This document shows, one piece after another, positions 1-9,469 of a DNA stretch of 43,189 nucleotides (position 1 is its first letter; every line of letters starts with the position of its first letter). The DNA comes from Candidatus Hydrothermarchaeota archaeon (lineage in GTDB: Archaea > CAYFZR01). Both the position numbers and the translations under genes were made by a program. The notes under the pieces were generated by a model, which saw only the letters and a program-made list of their open reading frames with translations, made no database searches and was not told the origin of the DNA. The DNA lies in assembly GCA_046760505.1 (NCBI GenBank), contig JBHIEG010000016.1, forward strand, positions 1 through 43,189, given 5' to 3'.

Positions 1-99
1 CCGGATTGGCAAGTAATGACTATGAGCTTGTCAGCAACAATAAGTTAGCAGAACCTCATTTGAAAACAAATATAAAGAATTTCGTTCAATAATGAACTG

Positions 100-531
100 A
101 TGATGATAACAGTTGAGACGCCAAAGCACAGTTTTTTCAAGTATAGATTTAAAAACAAAAAGTTTTTTAGGGAGTTTTTCTCCCCTATTCCTTGCATAGT
201 TAACTATGGATTCATAGAAGGCACTAGAGGAGAAGATGGATCTCCAATCGACGTCATCATCCTGGGAAGAAAACTTCTACAGGGAGAGAGGATCGATCTT
301 AAAATCGAGGGAGTCGTTAAGTTCATAGATGATGGAGTAAGAGATGATAAATACATTGCTGTATTGGATGAAAAAAGATCGAACTGGAGAATAATCCTTT
401 TTTTCAATTTTTACATGATATTTAAGAAAATTTACTTTTTAATTAAAGAAAAGAGAAGGCTAGAATGTAAATTTGAGGGTATAACATGGTTTGATGAACC
501 AGTGGAATCTTTGGAGAAACTAGCGGTATAA
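100..531 (+). CDS. ppa: Family I soluble inorganic pyrophosphatase-like protein (degenerate active site)
   Basis: VETPK..KY, NYGFIEGT, DG-S-PIDV (canonical DGDPxD) and IDDGVRDDK motifs; 143 aa. Confidence 0.75.
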   Translation: MMITVETPKHSFFKYRFKNKKFFREFFSPIPCIVNYGFIEGTRGEDGSPIDVIILGRKLLQGERIDLKIEGVVKFIDDGVRDDKYIAVLDEKRSNWRIILFFNFYMIFKKIYFLIKEKRRLECKFEGITWFDEPVESLEKLAV

Positions 532-561
532 AATAGAGTAAAATAGGATAGGGATCATAAA

Positions 562-1641
562 ATGGGAATGGATCGAATGAAAAGAATAAAAAGTATAGAT
601 AGACTGAAAAACATGATGAGTAATGTGGATCTTCAAGGATTATTGCTTTTGAATCCTTCGAATATATTTTTTGCAACCGGATTCATGTGTGAAGGAAGCG
701 CACTCATTATAGCAGATGAAATTACATTAATAGTCCCGGAGATGGAAGAAGAGCATGCAAATGAGAGCATAGATTTAGATATTGATTTAGACATCCTAGT
801 ATTTAAGAAAAAGGAAGAATACTGGGATAAAATTAAAGAACGATTGAAAGATGCAAGTAAGATAGGGATCGAGGAGGATTTTATTTCTGTGAAGAACTTT
901 GAAAAACTGAAAAATCTTCTTGAAGGAAGAATAATCGAAGTTTCTGAAGATATACAAAATCTAAGGATGATAAAGGATAGAAGAGAGATAAAAAACATAA
1001 AAAATGCGTGCAAACTTGCTGATTCTGGCATGAATTATGTAAAAGAAATGATATCTCATGGAAAAAGAGAGAGGACAGTAGCAGTTGAACTGGAGTATTG
1101 GTTAAAAAAAGAGGGAGCTGAAGGCTTTGCTTTTGATACTATTGTTGTATCGGGGAGAAATGCCTCAATTCCACACAAAGTTTCCGGTAACAGAAAAATA
1201 AGGAGAGGAGAACCTATTATCGTAGACTTTGGACCTATCTGGCGCGGTTACTGCGCAGACCTTACTCGAACTTTCTTCATTGAAGAGTCGTTGGATGTCT
1301 ATGAAATATGCCTTATGGCTCAAGAAGAGGTCATCAAAACCATAAAGGAGGGAATCAAGGCATGCGAGGTTGATAAAATAGCGAGAAGCATAATTTCAGA
1401 ACACGGTTACGAAAAAAACTTCATACATTCCACTGGGCACGGTATAGGTATAGATGTACATGAAAAACCAAGACTCTCAGGGGAAGATGATACAATGCTT
1501 AAAGAAAATATGGTAGTCACGGTAGAACCTGGAATATACGTTCCGAAAAAATTTGGGGTTAGGATAGAAGACGTTGTACTGGTAAAAAAGAATAGATGCG
1601 TAACATTAACCAAAAGCGAAAAAGTACCAATTATTTTTTAG
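562..1641 (+). CDS. Xaa-Pro aminopeptidase/dipeptidase (M24B family)
   Basis: Creatinase-like N-terminus; metal-binding motifs DFG..Y.ADLTRT, HSTGHGIGIDVHE, TVEPGIY, GVRIED. Confidence 0.93.
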   Translation: MGMDRMKRIKSIDRLKNMMSNVDLQGLLLLNPSNIFFATGFMCEGSALIIADEITLIVPEMEEEHANESIDLDIDLDILVFKKKEEYWDKIKERLKDASKIGIEEDFISVKNFEKLKNLLEGRIIEVSEDIQNLRMIKDRREIKNIKNACKLADSGMNYVKEMISHGKRERTVAVELEYWLKKEGAEGFAFDTIVVSGRNASIPHKVSGNRKIRRGEPIIVDFGPIWRGYCADLTRTFFIEESLDVYEICLMAQEEVIKTIKEGIKACEVDKIARSIISEHGYEKNFIHSTGHGIGIDVHEKPRLSGEDDTMLKENMVVTVEPGIYVPKKFGVRIEDVVLVKKNRCVTLTKSEKVPIIF

Positions 1642-2398
1642 AGAACATCTCTATTGCTTTTTTAAGTGAAATTTCTCCCTTTGCGACTTTTTCAGCATAT
1701 TCTCTGGATATCGTAATTTTTCCCTTTGATTGAATCCTGCTTTTTTCCTGTATGCTTTTTATATCTCCTTTTTTTGGTTTAACTTCCATGCTTTCCTTTA
1801 CTTTTTTACCCTTTGATAGGGCAATGTTTATAGCCGCGATGACGTCTCTCATGCCTGATGTGTATCTCGTCCCCCTTCCAAGGTATGGGGTTGAACTGCT
1901 CTCATTTACTATCTCTACATTGTATCCTTTGTTTATAAGGGAATTTAAGATTATATTTCTATGGAGTGGAGCCTCATGACCTATTTTTATCACCATATCT
2001 TTTGCAACGAATTTTTCTTGAGCATCTCTTATCACGTCAATTGTTTCCCTCACATCTCTTAATCTGTACACCGAAACGACTTTGTTGTCTCCTAAAACAG
2101 CTACTCCGGGTTTTTCTCCTGGATCTATTCCTATAGTAAGTTTAGAATATTCTATATGCTTTTCTAAAGCAGTTAAGGCTTCATCCACTATTTCAGCCCA
2201 CGATTTTTCTTTTTTCACCAGTACTATGTTTTTGTGTTTAACGAATTTCCTTTCAGAAGGTGTTGTGATTACCACCCTTAGTGAAGAGGGTATCTCATCC
2301 CTTAAGGAGAGATGCAGGACTGGAATTCCCCTTTTTCTAAATTCCTCTAAGATAGGGTATGAAATCGAAAATTTGTTTGTGATAACTCCGATCAACAA
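1631..2398 (-). CDS. Archaeal hypothetical protein with RNase H-like (YqgF/RuvC-like) domain
   Basis: IGIDPGEKPGVAV, IKIGH, IVNESSST and D..AA..IA motifs. Confidence 0.65.
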   Translation of the reverse strand: MLIGVITNKFSISYPILEEFRKRGIPVLHLSLRDEIPSSLRVVITTPSERKFVKHKNIVLVKKEKSWAEIVDEALTALEKHIEYSKLTIGIDPGEKPGVAVLGDNKVVSVYRLRDVRETIDVIRDAQEKFVAKDMVIKIGHEAPLHRNIILNSLINKGYNVEIVNESSSTPYLGRGTRYTSGMRDVIAAINIALSKGKKVKESMEVKPKKGDIKSIQEKSRIQSKGKITISREYAEKVAKGEISLKKAIEMFSKK

Positions 2399-2453
2399 AT
2401 CCCCAATAAAAAATAAAAAAGGTGGTATAAAAACTATACTAGGTTATACTAGG

Positions 2454-4217
2454 TTATAGCCCGAGTTCTTTCAGTTTCTCTGGAGTGGGTACGCCGTCAA
2501 CCCATCCTCTTAGTTTGTAGTATTCCTCCAGCATCTTATCCAGAGGTACTACATGACCTTTGCTCGGACCCTCTGGCATTGGCTCTTCCAAGAAACGTTT
2601 TGGCAAGGTATCGTCTTTTCTCCCAAAACCTTCTCTTGCGTTGAATGCTCTCTCCAAGTTATAGATTCTTTCTCCTATTTTCAGTACTTCATCTGCAGTA
2701 ATGTCCCATCCTGTTGCTCCAGCCAGCATATTTGCAATTTGCTCCGCCCCAATGGCAAATGTGACGAACTTACATACAACGCAGGAATCTACGGTAGCGA
2801 AGAGGTCTTGGAATGTTATGACCCATTGCGCCTTATTTTCAATAGAAAATCTGTCTATTTGCTCTGGAATACCTAGTATCTCTGGTGCTATTAAATAAGC
2901 CCTTAGGTGGCAACCTCCTCTGTTGCTCGTTGCATAACCCAGAGCGTGTGCCATTACTCCTCTTGGATCATATGCTGGTAGCGCCTGCTTTTTAACATCC
3001 ATTGATAGATGTGGAGCACCAAATCTCTCTGCCAGCCTGTAACCTCCTTCTGCTAGCCAGTCTCCTATTCCTTCTCTCATTGCCGTCATTCTAACGAGTT
3101 CGTTTTGTTTTTTTCCGTCTCCCCACTTTATCTCTTCTTCCAGATATCCTTTCTCGTAAAGTTCCATTGCAGTCGCTATAGTGGTTCCCATCTCTATTGC
3201 ATCGAGTCCGTATTCGTTACACAAATGGTGGGACATGAAGACGGCTTTTAAATCGTCCACTCCACAATCTGCTCCGAAAGACCATGTTGTTTCGTATTCA
3301 GGACCTTCACCTATTACATCATCTACCTTGCTCCACCTTCCGCACTGTATCTCGCAACCCCAGCATCCTTTCTTTTTTATCAATATCTTTTCCGCTATTG
3401 TTTCACCGCTAGTGGGCTCCGCGCCCTCAAATACACCTGTCTGGAAGTTTCTTGTAGGATACATTCCGTGCTCGTTAATTATATTTACAAGAACCGCGGT
3501 ACCGTAAGATGGTAGCGCCTGGCTTGTTACAGGATGCTCGCTTATAATTTTTCTTGCTTCTTCGCATGCTTCATCGAATTTCTCTGGATTTTTTATCTCT
3601 GGCTTTTGATTTCCTCTGCTAACTATTGCCTTTAATTTCTTGGAGCCCAAAACAGCGCCGTGCCCGCCTCTGCCAGCTGCTCGGTACTTTTCATTCATTA
3701 TGCATGCTATCTTAGAAAGTTTCTCTCCTGCAGGCCCTATACATGCTATGCCGCAAGGCTTGTACTCTGCTTCCAAGGCATCAGAAGTCTCGAAAACCGT
3801 TTTTCCCCACAGATGGCTAGCATCTATTATCTCTGCTTTTCCATTGTCTGTAAGCAGGTATACCGGCGTATCTGATTTGCCCTCTATTATAATTGCATCG
3901 AATCCGGAACTCTTGAGCCAGAAACCGAACGAACCTCCGGAGTGAGAATCGTGGATGGTTCCGGTAAGAGGAGATTTTGTAATCGTACAGTATCTGCCGC
4001 TCTCAGTTGCCTTAGTTCCTGTTAGAGGTCCTGTAGCAACGACTATTTTGTTTTCTTCGCTCAGAGGATGGGTTCCAGGTGGAACTTCATCATAAATTAT
4101 TTTTACTCCTAGTCCTCTGCCACCAATAAAGTTTCTTGCCAGATTTTCGTCCAGATCTTCTATTTTTGTGGTTTTATCGGAGAGATTTACTCTCAGGATT
4201 TTTCCCATGTACCCCAC
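2454..4217 (-). CDS. aor: Tungsten-containing aldehyde:ferredoxin oxidoreductase
   Basis: GYMGKILRVNL start, IGGRGLG, KSPLTG, IGPAGE, AAGRGGHGAV, C-x2-C-x3-C (CWGCEIQC), GPEYET, RGGCH, EYY.LRGW; GTG start at 4217 follows GGAGG. Confidence 0.95.
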   Translation of the reverse strand: MGYMGKILRVNLSDKTTKIEDLDENLARNFIGGRGLGVKIIYDEVPPGTHPLSEENKIVVATGPLTGTKATESGRYCTITKSPLTGTIHDSHSGGSFGFWLKSSGFDAIIIEGKSDTPVYLLTDNGKAEIIDASHLWGKTVFETSDALEAEYKPCGIACIGPAGEKLSKIACIMNEKYRAAGRGGHGAVLGSKKLKAIVSRGNQKPEIKNPEKFDEACEEARKIISEHPVTSQALPSYGTAVLVNIINEHGMYPTRNFQTGVFEGAEPTSGETIAEKILIKKKGCWGCEIQCGRWSKVDDVIGEGPEYETTWSFGADCGVDDLKAVFMSHHLCNEYGLDAIEMGTTIATAMELYEKGYLEEEIKWGDGKKQNELVRMTAMREGIGDWLAEGGYRLAERFGAPHLSMDVKKQALPAYDPRGVMAHALGYATSNRGGCHLRAYLIAPEILGIPEQIDRFSIENKAQWVITFQDLFATVDSCVVCKFVTFAIGAEQIANMLAGATGWDITADEVLKIGERIYNLERAFNAREGFGRKDDTLPKRFLEEPMPEGPSKGHVVPLDKMLEEYYKLRGWVDGVPTPEKLKELGL

Positions 4218-4396
4218 GGATACACCTCCAAAATTGTTCATTATTTAACATGCTATTACTTTCTTATATATCTTTGCGAATTAAAGGAGTAGGTGAGAGA
4301 TATTTCAATAAAATCGTTTAATTTCAATCAAATTTTTAAATAATATTGTTTATAGCCTATTAAATGATAAATATCTCAAGAAGGGGGAATGAAAAT

Positions 4397-4651
4397 ATGG
4401 AGAAGTTGGATGAAAAAAGATTCGCCATGGCAGGAGGAATTCTCTGGGCATGTACTTTATTTTTAACCACCTTGCTTTCTCTGCTTTCCAACTACGGAAT
4501 AGAGTTCCTCAAAATAATTACAAGCATTTACCCCGGATACAGCATATCTCTAGCGGGAAGTATTTTAGGTTTAATATACGGATTCATAGACGCATTTATA
4601 GCGGGTTTCATATTTGCATGGCTTTACAACCGGCTACCCAAGTTTATTTAA
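4397..4651 (+). CDS. Small two-TM membrane protein (archaeal holin-like family)
   Basis: SIYPGY..S..GS..G..YGF.D...G..FAWLYN pattern; ATG 4397 after GGGG. Confidence 0.6.
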   Translation: MEKLDEKRFAMAGGILWACTLFLTTLLSLLSNYGIEFLKIITSIYPGYSISLAGSILGLIYGFIDAFIAGFIFAWLYNRLPKFI

Positions 4652-4769
4652 TCGCTAGAGAGGTTAGAGAGAGTAATACAGAACTTAATCTACCAGAGAA
4701 ATGAATAAGAGAAATGAATAGTAAAGATAGTGAGGATAATCTTTTATATTCATTCATCGTACTTGATAC

Positions 4770-5909
4770 ATGAGATGGCTCATATTTTCCGCATCATTCG
4801 CATCTATGTTCGCTTTTTTATTCGTTCTTCAAAGTTCTCCTCCAGTTATTCCTTATATAATGAGGGAATTCGGAATTTCTCATGGAAAAGTCAGCAGTCT
4901 CATGACTCTAGTTGCTATCCCGGGCATCTTTTTCTCCATACCGGGTGCTATTTTTGTCGATAAATACGGATCGAAAAAAACAGGTTCAGCAGGATTATTT
5001 TTAATAACTTTGGGCTCTTTAATAGGCTTCTTTTCTGGAACTTTTTTTGTTTTAGATATTGGCAGATTCTTGGTCGGTATAGGAGGAGCAATCGTTGTGG
5101 TTGCTGCACCCTCGATACTCCCAAAATATTTTTCAACGGATGAACTTGGATCTGTGATGGGTTTGTTTGCGATAAATATGCCGGCTGCCACCATAATAGC
5201 ATTTAACAGTTTGGAAATCATTTCAAAAACTTATGGATGGAGATCTACCCAATTAATTTCGTTTTTATTGTCTTTTATCACTTTAATTTTCTATTTTTTG
5301 GTAATAAAAGATCCTAAACAAAATGAACCATATGAAAATGGAGAAATTTCCTTTTCAGGATTGAAGAGTACCCAGATATGGATTCTGGGTCTTATATGGG
5401 CTTTCTTTAATATGGCTGCCATTTCGTATACCACGTTTTCAGGGAGCTTTTTCTCTGAATTTAAGGGCGTTCCTAAAAGTTACGCAGATTTTCTTGCATC
5501 TATGCTCATGATTCCAACGATTTTTATATGTCCCTTTGTTGGCTATGTTTCAGATAGAATTCAGAAGAGAAAAATCATAATTACTTCAGGCTTGTTTGGA
5601 ATATCTCTTGCTTTTTTTTGTATTCCCTTTTCATTTGGAATTTTTGTTTTACTTTCGACCCTATTTCTCGGGATTATGGCTTCTTTTATTCCGCCACCAA
5701 TATTTGCACTTTCTCCTGAAGTTTTAAGGGAAAATGTCGGAATGGGCTTTGGTGTGCTCAATACATGTTTGAATTTGGGAATCGCCTCGGGACCCATGTT
5801 AACTGGAATCATCAGGGATTTGTCTCAGAGCGAATTCATCTCCTACATGACCATGGCTTCTTTTTCTATAATTGCGATGGTTTTATCCCTGAGATTGAAA
5901 ACGAGATAA
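4770..5909 (+). CDS. MFS transporter
   Basis: About 12 hydrophobic segments; motif A (GAIFVDKYGSKK; GYVSDRIQKRK); GRFLVGIG. Confidence 0.92.
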   Translation: MRWLIFSASFASMFAFLFVLQSSPPVIPYIMREFGISHGKVSSLMTLVAIPGIFFSIPGAIFVDKYGSKKTGSAGLFLITLGSLIGFFSGTFFVLDIGRFLVGIGGAIVVVAAPSILPKYFSTDELGSVMGLFAINMPAATIIAFNSLEIISKTYGWRSTQLISFLLSFITLIFYFLVIKDPKQNEPYENGEISFSGLKSTQIWILGLIWAFFNMAAISYTTFSGSFFSEFKGVPKSYADFLASMLMIPTIFICPFVGYVSDRIQKRKIIITSGLFGISLAFFCIPFSFGIFVLLSTLFLGIMASFIPPPIFALSPEVLRENVGMGFGVLNTCLNLGIASGPMLTGIIRDLSQSEFISYMTMASFSIIAMVLSLRLKTR

Positions 5910-6030
5910 CGAGAATAATTAACTTATTTCTTGATTTATGATCAGTAATTAACGGAAATTATAAATAAATGCAGGAAAACGAAATATTATAACAAGGGTA
6001 ATGATATTTTACCAAACAAGGGGAAGGCAT

Positions 6031-6294
6031 ATGCCTGTGAGAATAAAAATATTTGCTACACCAAACTGTCCAAGATGCGAGCCCACCATTGAATTTGTAA
6101 AAAATGTGGTGAAAGAGTTTGAAAAAGATATAGAGATCAGGATAATAGACATTTTTAAAGAATCTTCCAAGGCTCTGGAATATGGTATATACGCGGTCCC
6201 TACGGTAGTTATAAATGAAAATGTAAGATTTGTTGGAAAACTAGGTAAAAATGATAAAAAAAATCTTATTGACGCCATAAAAAGAGAACTTTGA
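6031..6294 (+). CDS. Thioredoxin/glutaredoxin-like redox protein (small archaeal type)
   Basis: CPRC motif; YGIYAVPTVVIN cis-Pro motif. Confidence 0.85.
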   Translation: MPVRIKIFATPNCPRCEPTIEFVKNVVKEFEKDIEIRIIDIFKESSKALEYGIYAVPTVVINENVRFVGKLGKNDKKNLIDAIKREL

Positions 6295-6469
6295 AATTTA
6301 AATATTGATACGCATTTCGAAGCAATATAATTGCCTTACATGTGGTTTAAGAATCAATATTAGTTTCATATTCCTGAAATCTAATTTGTTTTCGATCGAA
6401 AATTATATATATGGCTTTTGTGCATGGGTAGGTAAATTCTCCAAAGCAGGATGGAAGATTGGTGTGAGT

Positions 6470-7195
6470 ATGGAGGGCATTACCGAGTTTGAATCCCAGT
6501 TAATTAAAGAATATTCAAACTGCTACGATGTAGTTGAAAACATGCCGAACTTCCTGTACGCAAGATATCAGTTGGGAGATCTGAGAGAGACCACCGAAAA
6601 AATTGGATACGATCTTAAAATCTACCTATCTAATGCTAGAGACCGTAAAATGGTTGAAAAGATGATTTCAGATTCTATAAATGAGACCAGAAAAAGAAGA
6701 GAGAATTTTGGAAGACACGAAGTTGCTCCCTACTTTAAGAGAAATGTGATTAACTATTTAATGAAACTGCATAGAGAGGCTTTGGATGTTGCCATACTCA
6801 CCGTTTTATGCAGAGAAGGCATATTAAAAATACCCAAGGAAGAAGAAGAGTTAATAAAAAAAAGAATCTGGCTGGGCCTGGAGTTAAAGATGTTTGCCAT
6901 GCTAGGAGGCATTCAACTACCAAAAGAATCTGATATTCCCGATGAAATAGTAGAGAAGATATCCAAGGAATGTGTTCAAATACTCTACTCCCGTATAAAG
7001 GATGAAAAGGATCGCCTTTTGAAATATATCCTTGATGTTCTTGACCTAAGGGAAAAGGCATCACTCTATGAGTTAGATCAAGATCTATGGCATTTTTTCA
7101 CCACAATTGAAGCGGTTAGACTGCTAGATGTTAATGGCGAGTTTGTCCACGACCTGATAAAGTTATCTCACCACCTGATAAAATCTGAGTATTGA
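6470..7195 (+). CDS. Hypothetical protein, apparently alpha-helical
   Basis: Open frame with ATG 6470 after GGTG; no family recognised. Confidence 0.65.
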   Translation: MEGITEFESQLIKEYSNCYDVVENMPNFLYARYQLGDLRETTEKIGYDLKIYLSNARDRKMVEKMISDSINETRKRRENFGRHEVAPYFKRNVINYLMKLHREALDVAILTVLCREGILKIPKEEEELIKKRIWLGLELKMFAMLGGIQLPKESDIPDEIVEKISKECVQILYSRIKDEKDRLLKYILDVLDLREKASLYELDQDLWHFFTTIEAVRLLDVNGEFVHDLIKLSHHLIKSEY

Positions 7196-7298
7196 TTCCT
7201 GATCGGTCTTTTTTGATCTTTTTTAGTTTCATATTTAAACAGTTTTAGCAAAATTATACAGTTAGAATTTTATACTTGTATCAATCAACCGTGATATC

Positions 7299-7457
7299 AT
7301 GAATCCCGGGGTCGCTATAATACTGGGCTTGGTAATCGGTGCCATTCAGTCCTTTTACCTGCAAAGATTTGCGAAGTGGGAACCTTGGAATGCCTGGTAT
7401 GTAGGTTTAATTTCGGGCATAACAATATGGGCCCTTCTCATATACAAATTCCTTTAA
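7299..7457 (+). CDS. Small membrane protein, 52 aa (below ORF-track cutoff)
   Basis: Manual translation MNPGVAIILGLVIGAIQSFYLQRFAKWEPWNAWYVGLISGITIWALLIYKFL*; two hydrophobic helices; GTGAT and TTTTATA upstream. Confidence 0.65.
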   Translation: MNPGVAIILGLVIGAIQSFYLQRFAKWEPWNAWYVGLISGITIWALLIYKFL

Positions 7458-7486
7458 AATGCGTTAATTAAAGAAGGTATAATGCC

Positions 7487-8053
7487 TCAAATACTCCTGC
7501 ACATGAGATATGTATCCAGCATCCTTCCATCTCTGCTCTGAAAAGATTTTTTCATCGTTCCATCGACTGTAAATCCTGTTTTTTCGAAAAGCCTTATCGC
7601 TATTAGGTTTTCAACGACACAGTAGAGACAGAGCCTTTTAAGACCTATTCTCTCTCCTATCTCTATAAGGAAGTTTATCATCTCGGTTCCGAGTCCTTTG
7701 TTTTGATAATCTTGGTGTACAGATATTCTAATCCAAGCGACGCTTCTTTTCTGTTTTGATTTGTAGAAGTGAAGTGTTGAGTCAGCAATTATCCTTTCAG
7801 TTCCATTTTTTTCTAAAACTCCGATTATTGGAAGGACATGATCATAATTTAGATGATTGATCCAGTTTTCTATGAGTTCTCGGTTTTTAACATCGTGTTT
7901 CAGGTATTTTGTACTTTCATCTGAGAGAGTTAAAAACATCTCGAGGAGTTTTTCCTTGTCTCTTTTTCTCAGAGGTCTTAAGAGGACCTTGCTTCCATCT
8001 TTTAACGTTACAATCTTTTCAAACTCTTTAATCATTCCTGAAACTGATTTCAT
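7487..8053 (-). CDS. GNAT family N-acetyltransferase
   Basis: VTLKDGSKVLLRP N-terminus; V..DYQNKGLGT acetyl-CoA motif; N..AIRLFEK.GF. Confidence 0.9.
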   Translation of the reverse strand: MKSVSGMIKEFEKIVTLKDGSKVLLRPLRKRDKEKLLEMFLTLSDESTKYLKHDVKNRELIENWINHLNYDHVLPIIGVLEKNGTERIIADSTLHFYKSKQKRSVAWIRISVHQDYQNKGLGTEMINFLIEIGERIGLKRLCLYCVVENLIAIRLFEKTGFTVDGTMKKSFQSRDGRMLDTYLMCRSI

Positions 8054-8105
8054 TCTTAAAGATAAATATATAAAACTATTTAAAGATTGCAATATTGGGA
8101 TCTCA

Positions 8106-9467
8106 TTGATTAAGAATAAAGACAGACTGATCCAGAATGGAAGAACAGAAAAAACCAGATTGGCAAGAGAATATGCCCTAGAGATTCTTGAATCAGCAAT
8201 TCTCGCTGCATTGCCTCAAAATTGCATTGGAGAATTTTTGAAGAAAAAAGACAGCAAATTAATTGCAAAAGGAGAGGAATTCGATTTAAATGATTTTGAA
8301 AATGTATATCTGGTAGGAGCGGGAAAAGCCAGTGTTAAAATGGCAGAAGCAGTGTTAAACTTAGTCCATGTTTCATCCGGTGTACTGGTTACTCCTCCTG
8401 GAATAGAATCCAAAATCGATCTGGAAATCATAGAGGGCGGACATCCTATTCCAAACGAAGGTAGCGTGAGAGGTGCTAGGAGAGTTATGAGTATCTTGAA
8501 AAATGCTAAAGAAAAAGACCTAGTCATATGCGTGATATCCGGCGGAGGTTCCGCATTGCTATGTCTTCCCAGCAACGGAATAGACTTAGAGGACAAGCAA
8601 AGAGTTACAGAGTTTCTGATCAAATCCGGAGCAACTATAAACGAGATAAATACGGTAAGGAAGCATATTTCTGCGATAAAGGGAGGACAACTGGCAAAAG
8701 CAGCGTATCCTTCTCAAGTTCTAACGTTAATACTCTCAGATGTAGTTGGAGATCCACTGGACGTGATAGCGAGCGGTCCCACAGTTCCTGATCCCACAAC
8801 CTTTGTAGATGCGAAAAATGTATTAAAAAGGTACAATTTATGGGACACAGTTCCCGAAGCAGTTAGGAAAAGGATAGAAAAGGGAATCAAAAAAGAAGTT
8901 GATGAGACTCCAAAAGAAGCGGACCCTTACTTCGATAAGATAAAAAACATAATCGTAGGGAATAATATTCTCTCGTGCAAGGCTGCTCAGAGAAAGGCAA
9001 AAGAATTGGGATTGAACTCTCTGATCCTTTCATCTATGATTGAAGGTGAAAGCAGAGAAGTTGGAATAATGCATGCAGGCATAGCAAGAGAGATATTCAT
9101 GAGCGAAAACCCGGTAAAAAAACCTGCAGCGATAATTTCCGGTGGTGAAACCACCGTTCAAATAAAAGGGAAGGGAAAGGGGGGCAGAAATCAAGAATTT
9201 GCTCTTGCAGGAGCGTTAAAAATTTCTAACCTGGATGGTGTTGTAATAGCCTCTGTAGGTACTGATGGAATAGATGGAGTCACAGATGCGGCAGGAGCAA
9301 TGGTTGATGGCTATACAATCACTAAATCATCTGAGAAGGGTTTAGATCCCTTAGATTTTCTAGAAGAAAATAACAGTTTTGAGTTCTTCAGGCAGTTAGA
9401 AGATCTGATATATACTGGTCCAACAGGAACCAATGTGACCGATATTCATTTAATCGTGAGCGTGTAG
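8106..9467 (+). CDS. gck: Glycerate 2-kinase (MOFRL family)
   Basis: GAGKAS, GGHPIP, ISGGGSAL, N.VRKH.S.IKGG, SDVVGD, IASGPT, GGETTV, GGRNQE, TDGIDG, TGPTGTNV.D; likely TTG start at 8106 (the ORF-track extension overlaps the GNAT gene). Confidence 0.93.
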   Translation: MIKNKDRLIQNGRTEKTRLAREYALEILESAILAALPQNCIGEFLKKKDSKLIAKGEEFDLNDFENVYLVGAGKASVKMAEAVLNLVHVSSGVLVTPPGIESKIDLEIIEGGHPIPNEGSVRGARRVMSILKNAKEKDLVICVISGGGSALLCLPSNGIDLEDKQRVTEFLIKSGATINEINTVRKHISAIKGGQLAKAAYPSQVLTLILSDVVGDPLDVIASGPTVPDPTTFVDAKNVLKRYNLWDTVPEAVRKRIEKGIKKEVDETPKEADPYFDKIKNIIVGNNILSCKAAQRKAKELGLNSLILSSMIEGESREVGIMHAGIAREIFMSENPVKKPAAIISGGETTVQIKGKGKGGRNQEFALAGALKISNLDGVVIASVGTDGIDGVTDAAGAMVDGYTITKSSEKGLDPLDFLEENNSFEFFRQLEDLIYTGPTGTNVTDIHLIVSV

Positions 9468-9469
9468 AC

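Noticed and set aside
2435-2458. TATACTAGGT tandem repeat (about 2.4 copies) at the aor stop
   Set aside because: Short local duplication with no spacers; not CRISPR-like.
4274-4320. Ptr2-like half site (AAAATCGT) upstream of aor
   Set aside because: Single partial match in AT-rich DNA, with spacing to TATA different from the two conserved promoters.
4364-4651. Holin-like gene as evidence of a provirus
   Set aside because: No integrase, capsid, terminase or att-like site nearby.
7857-8105. N-terminal extension of the glycerate kinase ORF in the ORF track
   Set aside because: It is antisense to the GNAT gene and its promoter; family similarity begins near the TTG at 8106.
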